Below, piece by piece: positions 53,711-64,000 of a DNA stretch of 64,000 bases. The notes under the pieces are model-generated. The model was not told the origin of the DNA. It saw only the letters and a program-made list of their open reading frames with translations, and made no database searches. A program made the translations under genes and the position numbers. Positions within the stretch are counted from its first letter, which is position 1. Every line of letters begins with the position of its first letter. Origin of the DNA: Eledone cirrhosa (lineage: Eukaryota); NCBI GenBank assembly GCA_964016885.1, contig OZ024757.1, forward strand, positions 16,554,001-16,618,000, in the 5' to 3' direction.

Positions 53711-53824
53711 GCACGCATATGCACGCGCACACGTACAGCTCTATATACAAGACGGTGCCAAGCTGTATCAGCCATAGCCTTTCCCTGAGACAGCATTGGT
53801 GGTGTGGAGAGGGGAGATTGGTAC
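53549..53824 (+). repeat. Segment duplicated at 56058-56217
   Basis: ATTGCGAAGCGAACTATATTTACTGTCACGGCTCTG(CA)n...GAGAGGGGAGATTGGTA near-identical except for microsatellite length. Confidence 0.9.
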
Positions 53825-53889
53825 AGCAGATTTCTTCCTGAGAAAGATAGAGAGTGAGAGAATGGAAGTAAGAAAGATATATAGAGGAA

Positions 53890-54352
53890 GAGACGCTCGC
53901 GTTGTCTTGACCATGTTAGCCGCATGCAGGATGACAGAATACACAAAGACATTTTGTATGGTGAGCTTACCACTGGCTCTAAACCCACAGGAAGGCCCAT
54001 ACTCCGCTATAAAGACATGTGCAAGCGGGACCTCAAGGCGGGTGGTATTGCACCAGCAGGCCTTGAAGTGGTGGCAGCTGACCGCAGCAGCTGGCAACTT
54101 GTCGTCAAGTCGGCCATTATGACATCAGAGCAGAGGAGAGGGGAGGAGTGGGAAGAGAGAAGAGCAAGGAGACGTCAGAGAGTGGAGTCAGCGCCCTTGG
54201 ACGACGTCGTCTTCACATGCAGCAACAGCAAAAGGACCTGCCTGACCTGTCGTTCGAGGGTTGGGCTCTACAGCCGCAACCGGCGCTGCAGTTCCACCAC
54301 AGACTGAACATCGATGGCGCAATCACCATTGTCTCCCGAGGCCGACGGATAC
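53890..54352 (+). pseudogene. 3' end of an RTE/BovB-like LINE
   Basis: [40 protein letters not shown]...FTC..C.SRVGLYS; 3' UTR TTGTCTCCCGAGGCCGACGGAT. Confidence 0.9.
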
Positions 54353-54717
54353 CAGTACAGAACTAGACTGGTGCTATTCTTATCGACCTCGAATGGATGA
54401 AAGGCAAAGTTAAACTCGACGGGATCTGAACTGAGAGAGCAGAGAGACGGCACGAACACCGCAAGGCATTCTATCTGACGTTCTATCGACTCCGCTAATT
54501 CTCCGCCTTTACAAAACTTACACATACTAGCAAATGAAAAAGACTGTGTACATTTAACAATGGGACAGTGTTAATTGGAAGAAAGATCAAAGGCAGGTAA
54601 TCAGGAAGTGACACCAACGGAGTCACGTGGTCAGTATGACACATCGTTGATGAAAGGACATCGACTATAACCCTGTAATCTCAACTCATTTATGCATATG
54701 AATATAAACATACATAC

Positions 54718-54822
<105 letters not shown>

Positions 54823-54876
54823 GATATATATACGTGCAGGGATGCAATATAAATAAATGCATAAATAAACCATCGA

Positions 54877-54933
<57 letters not shown>

Positions 54934-56344
54934 CAGATAACTGTAAAATGATAGGTGTGTTATTAGTAGAAATAGAAGTTAGAAGAAACATCTTTGTGAC
55001 AAAATGAGGAGCTGGAAGACAAACGACAAAACTAGTATGTCTAATGAAGTTATTATCAATGGAAGTAAGCAATTTGACAAAGTAAAGCTTGTTTCTCGCG
55101 TTAATCTCGTAAACGAGTTGGAATAGATGCTTGTGAGGAACGTAATTTCAGTAAAGTGCAGTGGACAGAGAAGAAGAAAATAGCGAGGGCGGTATGGTTA
55201 GTTACTTAGAAACGAATGAGTGTCAACAGAAGTATAAGATAAAAATTATACGTGTTGGATCTCCGTCAGTGTCAACGACGAGTGGTTCCAGTTAGTTCGA
55301 GCCATGGAACAGCCTGCTCGAGTGGTTGAGCATTCTGCAAGCACGTGTAACCTTAACTTAGTTCTCGGGGAGATTCAGCATTGAGTATTCTACAATCACG
55401 TGTACCCTTAACGTAGTTCTCGGGGAGATTCAGCATTGAGCATTCCACAATCACGTGTACCCTTAACGTAGTTCTCGGGGAGATTCGGTATGTGGTAATG
55501 TGTGACATGGCTGTGCTTTTTGAATTGTTGTGTTCGACCCTCCGTCGCTTTCGACGATGAATATTCCATATGTTCCAACAACGGAACAGCCTGCTCGTGA
55601 AAATGAACGTGCAAGTGACTGAGCATTCCACAATCACGTGTACCCTTAACGTAGTTCTCGGGGAGATTCATCGTGACACAGTGTATAACAAGGCTGGCCC
55701 CTTGAATGACAGAAACAACACATTTTTGACAGCTGAGTGGACTGGGGCAACGTGGAATAAGCTGCCTTGCTCTAGGACTCAACGCGTTGCCGGAAATTGA
55801 ACTCATGACCTTACGGTCATTGGCTGCACATTCCACAGACACGTGTACCTTTAACGTAGTCCTCGGGTGAAATTTAACGTGACATAATGTGTGACAAGTG
55901 TGGACATTTAAATTGCAGGTACAGTCTATCCGACCGGGCTTCAATACAGTTTCTGTCTACCCAATTTCACTCAAAAGGCGCGAGTCGACCTGGGGCTATA
56001 TTTTAAATAACACTTGCCTAAGATACCAAGCTGTGGGATCGAACCCCAGACCTAATGATTGCGAAGCGAACTATATTTACTGTCACGGCTCTGCACACAC
56101 ACACACACATACACACGCGCGCGCACGTACAGCTCTATATACAAGACGGTGCCAAGCTGTAACAGCCATAGCCTTTCCCTGAGACAGCATTGGTGGTGTG
56201 GAGAGGGGAGATTGGTATGTTTGGGGGACTGTTGGTCTTCCACAAACAACCTTGCCAGGACTTGTGCCGCGGAGGGGCACTTTCTAGATGCAAATCCAAT
56301 GGTCATTCGTGACCGAAGAGGGTCTCTACCCGTGCCCTTTATAT

Positions 56345-56811
56345 TTTAGTAGTGTATATATCTTAGTAGTGTATATGTGTCTATATTTTAGTAGTGTATA
56401 TATCTTAGTAGTGTATATATTTTAGTAGTGTATATATCTTAGTAGTGTATATATTTTAGTAGTGTATATATCTTAGTAGTGTATATATTTTAGTAGTGTA
56501 TATATCTTAGTAGTGTATATATTTTAGTAGTGTATATATTTTAGTAGTGTATATATCTTAGTAGTATATATATTTTAGTAGTGTTTATATTTTAGTAGTG
56601 TATATATTTTAGCAGTGTGTATATTTTAGTAGTATAGTGTATATAGTAGTATATATAGTAGCGTATATATTTTAGTAGTGTATATATTTTAGTAATGTAT
56701 ATATTTTAGTAGTATATATATTTTAGTAGTGTATATATTTTAGTAATGTATGTATTTTTGTAGTATATATATTTTAGTAGTATATATATTTTAGTAGTAT
56801 ATATATTTTAG
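56345..56811. repeat. 17-19-bp AT-rich satellite
   Basis: Unit TTAGTAGTGTATATAT(T/C), about 25 copies. Confidence 0.95.
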
Positions 56812-57769
56812 GAGAGACTTGTGAAATCCCCGTTCATCAGTTATAGCTATATTTGTATAAGTAGCTACACAGAAACACTTTCACTATTTTCATGTTAAAT
56901 GATTTTATTGATGAGTAGGAAAGGTTTTGGCAGCTGCTATATATTGTGATACCAAAAAAAAAATAACTTCCAATCTCTTGTATAATTGAGAACTCCTCGC
57001 TTGTCGTTCCATTTGCATCCCCCTACAAACACACCCATCCTTGCCACCATCCAATATAGTTAATTTATAGCTAATCGATTCTGCAAGACTGATAGAGTTA
57101 AAATCAATTTGTCGCAAGGTGAATATGTTTTTAATGACGTTTAATAAATCACGGCAAATCTTCAATTGTTCACGTCGGCCATTTTCCCTTCCAATTTTCA
57201 CGTCCAAGATGGCGAACCGATTCATTATTTCTCTTATTTATTCATGTGTTTGTTTGTTTGATTATTTTGAATAACTTGCCTCTGTTGAAATATTCGTTCT
57301 TTTTTGAAAAGAAAATTGTCCTCCTGTCTTTGTGATTCTTTTTTCGCCAGATCGAACATGGCAGCCACCTATCGAATAACAAAAATCGATAATATTTTTC
57401 CCTTTATGATTATAGCTTAAAAGGTGACAAATTGGCTGAGTCGTTAGAGCTTCGGAGAGAATGCCTTGCGGTGTTCCTGTCGGCTCTCTTTGCTGTCAGT
57501 TCAAATCCCGCCGATATCAACTTTGTCTTTCATCCTTTCGAGGTCGATAAATTAAATACCAGTTCAATACTGGTGTCAATTCTTCTTCTATATATCTTCC
57601 ACGCTTCCTTTCTCGCCCTCCTTCTCATCTCTGGGAGAAAATCGGTTGTGTCTAGGTTGAAATACCCAAGAGGGCATCCAAACCATTCTATCGAGTGATT
57701 TGATCTCAGAAGGAACGAGGTATCAATACAGTATAATTATGTTTATTCATGTGTGGCAGACATTTCACA

Positions 57770-57945
57770 ATTGATCAGCCCGAGGAACGATTCGTATCGA
57801 TCGCACCCAACTCTGGAATTGATTCAAAATTGTGGATTCCTTAAGGATTCATTAAGGAATCCACAAATCTGATGAACTATCGATTCCAGAGTCGGGTGCG
57901 ATGGATACGGATCGTTTCTTGGGCCAATCGATCGCGAAACACGGG
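57770..57945. repeat. Imperfect fold-back (about 163 bp) with an eroded hammerhead-like motif
   Basis: Arms differ at 9 of 54 outer positions; CTGATGA at 57869, GAAAC-ACGG-GTC at 57936. Confidence 0.7.
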
Positions 57946-58004
57946 TCACACGTGAACAAACATAATTCTGCTGCATCGCGTTCCTACTCATTACTATTAT
58001 ATTA

Positions 58005-58096
<92 letters not shown>

Positions 58097-59204
58097 GAAC
58101 GATCGACTTTCGTCAAATCGGACCGACGAAACAATGTTTCCGTTGGTCTTTCCAATTGCTAATACTATCTATCGGTCGCAACTCCAGGTAGAAGGAGCAA
58201 CGTGAAATAAAGTGTCTTGCTCAAGGACATAACGCATCGCCCTGTCCAGGAATCGAACTCACAACCTTATAATAATAAAACACACTCACTGTTTTGGTTG
58301 GCTTTCGTTTCTGTATCTTTTAAATCTCCATAGTTAATTTATCTGACAATCAATGTTTATCATTGATTGACCAACGGTTAAAAATACAGATATAAATATA
58401 TATATATAGTCTATCAAAGTTCTTTCATCACACGCCTGTGACATCATCAGCGGTACTATTATGTTTCCTCCCGTTGTATTGTAATGTCTACGCCATTTTT
58501 ATTCTATTTATTTACTTACTTATTCTTGTCTCTGTCTCTGTTTGCGCATGCGTTTGCGTGTGTGTTCGTTTCTGAGTCTATGTGTGTTTGTATTCTATCT
58601 TTGTTCACTAGTGTGTGTTTATGTGTGGTTGTTGTTATTGTACCTCTATATAGAGAGATGACCCCTTAGCCTTTGTCAAGGCAGAATTCTAGGAGAAGGA
58701 AAACTCTGATATAACACCTGCAACCCTGATGGTATCCAATGATGTTGACTTGTTTTTCTTTTTGGTAAATATCATCTTGGTTAAGAGAGTGAGACTGGCT
58801 TTGTGCAGTGCCTTTGATCACTATAAAAGCTTCACGGCACAGGCATTGCTTTATATCTGGAGATCTCTCTGCACTTGTTGTCACATGGTACCATGGGCCC
58901 AGCACTATGTGTTAATAATTGTCACAAGTGTAGTGTTTGTACCAGAGTTTTCAAGTCGCTGGCTGGACTGAAAAGTCACACTCGTTTAGCGCATCAGTAG
59001 GGGTTCTCCTACATGGATATAAAGTAGTGGCCGTACTCGAAAACGAGTTGGCAGCCACCATATATACTTGTATATATACTTGTATATATTTGTATGTATG
59101 TATATACAACTTGAAATATTATAATATATTATGTAGTACATCGCGAAACACATGATAGGAATAATTCTTAATTAGAACAACGCTAATGATGTGGAGTATT
59201 TTCA

Positions 59205-59905
59205 CGATGATGATGATGATGATGGTGATGGTGGTGGTGGTGGTGGTTGATCGTGGTGGTAGTGGTGATGTTTGGTGGTAGTGGTGATGGTGTGTTGATG
59301 GTGATGGTGTGTTGGTGGTGGTGGTGTTTGGTGGTTTTGGTGGTGGTGGTGGTGGTGGTGGTGGTGGTGTGTTGGTGGTGGTGGTGTTTGGTGGTGGTGG
59401 TGGTGGTGGTTTTGGTGGTGGTGGTGATGGTGGTGGTGGTGGTGTGTTGGTGGTGGTCTGTTGTTGGTGGTGGTGGTGTTTGGTGCTGGTGGTGGTGGTG
59501 GTGTGTTGGTGGTGGTGGTGGTGGTGGTGGTGGTGGTCTGTTGGTGGTGGTGGTGTTTGGTGGTGGTGGTGCTGGTGGTGCTGGTTTTGGTGGTGGTGGT
59601 GCTGGTGGTGGTGGTGGTGGTGGTGTGTTGGTGGTGCTGGTGTTTGGTGGTGGTGGTGCTGGTGTTGGTGGTTGTGGTGGTTTTGGTGGTGGTGGTGGTG
59701 GTGGTGGTGGTTGTGGTTGATGGTGTTTGGTGGTGGTGGTGGTGGTGGTGGTGGTGGTTGTGGTTGATGGTGTTTGGTGGTGGTGGTGGTGGTGGTGGTG
59801 GTGGTGTTGGTAGTAGTGGTGGTGGTGGTGGTGGTGGTGGTGGAGGTTCCCGTCGTCTCCGTCCTCGTGACGATAATGACGACGATGATGATCATGATGA
59901 CGATA
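59205..59905. repeat. Degenerate (GGT)n array
   Basis: Direct reading. Confidence 0.95.
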
Positions 59906-60167
59906 AGTAGAAGAAAGGGGCCGAAGAGGGGAGCTGAAAGTGAGGGAAGCGAGAGAAGAGGAAGGAGGAGAAGAGAAGGTAAACCTACTAATGAAAGTCC
60001 ATCAGTGTAGTTTTATGGGAGGAGGAGGAGGGGGGGGTTTAATTAGGAGTTAACAACATCACAGTTGCCACGGTGATAAATAGTGTTGGTCACCATTGTA
60101 TAAGATAACAGCCATGACGGTGTGTAGCCATGTATATGTATATATATATATATATATACATATATAC

Positions 60168-60205
<38 letters not shown>

Positions 60206-60224
60206 ATAGGCTCATATATGTATG

Positions 60225-60256
<32 letters not shown>

Positions 60257-60547
60257 TATATGTGTGTGTGTGTATGTGGGTGTGAATGCATCTATGTGTA
60301 TGCGTGTGTGCGTTTGAATATGTGTGTATATATGTGCGTATATGTATGTATGTATGAGTATATATATGTACAAATATATATGTATATTTATATATATATA
60401 TACAAGTATATATATATATATATATATGCATACATGAATGTATATATTCATGCATATAATGTATATATACATGCATGTATGTAGTTATACATGTATCTAA
60501 ATATATATATTTACATATATATGCATGTATATAAATTATATATATAG

Positions 60548-60627
<80 letters not shown>

Positions 60628-60636
<9 letters not shown>

Positions 60637-61335
60637 ATATATATGATGAAACACAGATACCAACACATCTGTATATATATTGCAATAGAAAATTTAGCCA
60701 GAATGAAGTATACTAATTATTATACTACAGTTTGTCCATATCGATTTAAAATAATAAATCAACAAAGACGAACTGCATTGCCAAAAGACTATGATGTTTA
60801 GACACACTTAAATTTCAAAATCAAACCTGTTCCGTAGATAAGTTTAAACTTTAAAATCCAAATATGTTTCGAGATAAATAAGTGTAGGAATATCATGTCC
60901 TGCACTCCTCAGTAAACATCCAGGGACAAATTGATATGCTTCACTTCTAAATAATTTAAAAGACTGTGTGACGCACATGGTTTAACAGTTTCTAGCTAGT
61001 CTCATAACCGTACTACACTTATTTATCTCGAAACATATTTGGATTTTAAAGTTTAAACTTATCTACGGAACAGGTTTGATTTTGAAATTTAAATGTGTCT
61101 AAACATCATAGCCTTTTGGCAATGCAGTTCGTCTTTGTTGATTTATTATTTTAAATCGATATGGACAAACTGTAGTATAATAATTAGTATACTTCATTCT
61201 GGCTAAATTTTCTTTTGCAATATATATACAGATGTGTTGGTATCTGTGTTTCATCATATATATTAGTTTATACACGGCTCAGGGGTATTTTCCTCCTTCG
61301 AGCTAATTCCATTGTAAAAGAATTCATTACACTTA
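60628..61335. mobile_element. Fold-back element, 260-bp arms (60628-60887 and 61013-61272) plus tail; hammerhead-like motif at 60857-60916 (minus)
   Basis: Near-perfect reverse complement; CUGAGGA-GUGCAGGA..UCCUACAC..GAAAC. Confidence 0.8.
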
Positions 61336-61376
61336 ATAATATAATATATACATATATATATATATACACATATCAT

Positions 61377-61402
<26 letters not shown>

Positions 61403-61407
<5 letters not shown>

Positions 61408-62215
61408 TGGCGGCTTCAGCCGAAACCGACTCAACAATTGATCTCCACGTGGGTCTGTCGTTCATTGCCACTACCAAATCCTGAATTTCAATACCAGAAT
61501 CTCTGGAGATGACACCAGGATAGGAGAGCTTGCACCCCCCGTTCTTAGTGACTGCTTGTGGTTTCCAAAGCACTAATGGGGACACAGCCTCATAGGTGGC
61601 ACGATGGCAGTGGCCAGTAAATCTTACTCTCATTTTATGTACAACGACAGATATGCGTTGGAGGCCGTGATGGCACTTACACTCGCCTGCTTTCAGAACA
61701 TAAGTCATATGTCGCTAGCTTATGTTCTGAATGTGTTGAAGCAGGCGAGTGTAAGTGCCATCAAGGTGTTTTTGTTGAAAGTGTCCGTGTTTCACTTCCG
61801 TATAGCAAGATTGGTTGAATTGTTACTTGGAAGAGTCTGATGTTGGTGTAGTAGGAAGGATTTGAGCGCCAAACGCGATCCATCTTGTTGCAAGCTGACC
61901 ATGCATGGACCTTTCTGGTGGCGAAATCCTTCTCAGAGTCAATAATTCAGGACCCAAGATACTTGAAATCCTCGCACTTGCTTGATATCACTACTGCTGA
62001 TTGCTGTGTAGCTGTTGCCTGTACAGTTTGATATCTACTCTGTTTTACCCTCGTTGAGATGAAGGCCAACGCGGCCGGCTACTTCCTGGAGATATGTCAA
62101 AAGTTGTTGCGCATTTTCTTGGCAATCTGCAAGAAGTGCAATGTCAACCCCTAAGTCAAGGTCAGTGAGATGTTTAGAGGGGTGTCTAGAGCTCATGCGG
62201 GGATTGATGGTTATA
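61403..62215 (-). pseudogene. 3' fragment of an RTE-like LINE with (GAT)n tail
   Basis: DLDLGVDIALL (degenerate FADD), GLHLN..KTE, EDFKYLGS, LDGTYTRLL, RFTGHCHR, AMNDRPTWR. Confidence 0.85.
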
Positions 62216-62308
62216 CCTTTATTATTGACTTTTTCAATATATATAAAAGTTTAAACGATATATAAAAAATTGAGTATATAACTACTAGTATTATGTACAT
62301 ATAAATAA

Positions 62309-63420
62309 AGGGCGGTGGATTGGCAGTATTGGGAGAGGGTCGGACGCCATGCTTTGACGTATAGAGTTACGGCCCTTACCATTCTGAGTTCAAATCCCGC
62401 TGAGGTTAACTTTGCCTTTCATCCTTACGGGGTGGGGTCGATAAAATAAAGTACCAGTAATGCACTGGGTAATTGCTGGCCTTGTGCCTAACGTAGAAAC
62501 AAGTATGTACATATAAACAGAACAATTAATATGTAAGTAAATATACTTACTTCAAGATGGTAACACAGCCTATAATTCCTTATACATATCTGTTTCACAA
62601 AACCTATAGATGTTACTAATTAGTATCAATCACCAATTACCGATTGTGGTAATATGCATCTTAAGGCCAAGGTTTCCTTCATCAGTAAGGTAGGGTCTTC
62701 TATATATAGATCTCACACTACGGAAAATTGCTAGTCATCTGCCCAGAGAAGACATTTGAAAGGTTCTCAACTTGGTGTTAAAATAACATTTAGCAGATGG
62801 GAAGATATTATCGGACAGGCGGTGGATTGGCAGTATCGGTAGAGAGTCGGACGCCATGCTTTGACGCATAGAGTTACGGCCCTTGCCATTCTGAGTTCAA
62901 ATCCCGCCGAGGTTAACTTTGCCTGTCATCCTTACGAGGTCGAAAAAGTAAAGTACCAGTAATGTACTGGGGTAATTGCTGGCCTTGTGCCAAATGTAGA
63001 AACAATTATTATTTTGTATAAGAGCGTTGGATTGGCAGTATCGGCAGAGGGTCGGACGCCATGCTTTGCACCATAGAGCTGCTCCTCTTTACGGTATGAG
63101 TTCAAATCTCGCTGAGGTTAACTTTGCCTTTCATCCTTACGGTGTCGATAAAGTAAAGTACCAGTAATGTACTGGGTAATTGCTGGCCTTGTGCCAAAAG
63201 TAGAAACAATTATTATTTTGTATAAGAGCGGTGGATTGGCAGTATCGGCAGAGGGTCGGACGCCATGCTTTGCACCATAGAGCTGCTCCTCTTTACGGTA
63301 TGAGTTCAAATCTCGCTGAAGTTAACTTTGCGTTTCATCCTTACGAGGTCGAAAAAGTAAAGTACCAGTAATGCATTGTGGTAATTGCTGGCCTTGTGCC
63401 AAAAGTAGAAACAATTATTA
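62309..63420 (+). mobile_element. Four family A SINEs (62309-62503; three tandem at 62818-63420)
   Basis: Consensus-like copies. Confidence 0.88.
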
Positions 63421-63668
63421 TTTTCTACATATATACGGAGCCATTTTTAGCATTTCTCTCCTACGTTTCTGTGGAATGCTCAGTAAATTTCTTTATATTC
63501 CAAAATAGTTACTAAGACTACCTAAAGGTTTGTCTTGTTCTCTTTATTTTCGTTTTTTTTTTTTTTTTTTACTTTCTTGAACTACCTGTATTTTCATTAT
63601 CTATCCTTTGTGGTCCTGTCTCTATTTTGTACTCCTGAAGAAAAGCTGAAAGCCCGACACGTCGAACA

Positions 63669-63702
<34 letters not shown>

Positions 63703-63707
<5 letters not shown>

Positions 63708-63911
63708 AACCAGTAAGACCCCGACGGCTGAGCTCAAGCCGTTTCTGGACGGCTAATTCTGGACTATTTTTAGTCCAGAATTAGCCGGCGAAACGGTTTG
63801 AGCTCAGCCGTCGGGGCCTTACTGGTTCCTATTACCCACTCTACTACCCTAAGTATTGAGTACTTTGGTGCGTTATGGTCCACCTGGTTCCTTACCACAT
63901 TTCCTTCGTTA
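63703..63911 (+). mobile_element. Family B fold-back element; a further diverged copy runs 63925-64000
   Basis: Palindrome 63703-63832 plus tail; (TA)n flanks. Confidence 0.85.
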
Positions 63912-64000
63912 TATATATATATATGAGGCTCGACACTCGACGGATGAACTCTGGAATTTGTTGTCGAAACGGCAAGAGCTCAGCCGTCAGGCACCAACTC

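Noticed and set aside
57200-57370. YY1-like CAAGATGGCG promoter motif (similar words at 28970, 30572 and 36066)
   Set aside because: Short motifs with no downstream exon or ORF support
62670-62695. CTGATGA-AG-GAAAC on the minus strand, and similar eroded motifs at 1735-1768, 16185-16200 and 63635-63663
   Set aside because: Core or stems too degenerate to call as ribozymes, though they may be relics

Overview
AT-rich, microsatellite-saturated eukaryotic intergenic or intronic DNA. The SINE families and repeat landscape point to an octopod cephalopod, which is an inference. No host protein-coding gene can be supported, and almost all ORFs in the track are translated microsatellites. The recognisable content is: about 30 tRNA-derived SINEs, an apparently intact DD37D/maT (Tc1/mariner) transposon, a non-autonomous Helitron, a TTAA-flanked MITE, 3' fragments of RTE, Tx1-like and CRE-like LINEs, and a 5'-truncated Penelope-like element with a GIY-YIG endonuclease. 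The main signal is an unusually dense set of about 20 hammerhead-ribozyme (HHR) motifs from roughly a dozen unrelated short sequence families. Nearly all sit in (TA)n tracts and many are built as fold-backs. One is a circularly permuted 560-nt unit resembling a retrozyme, and one family is directly tied to the 3' end of the Penelope element. All structures were read by eye; activity is untested.
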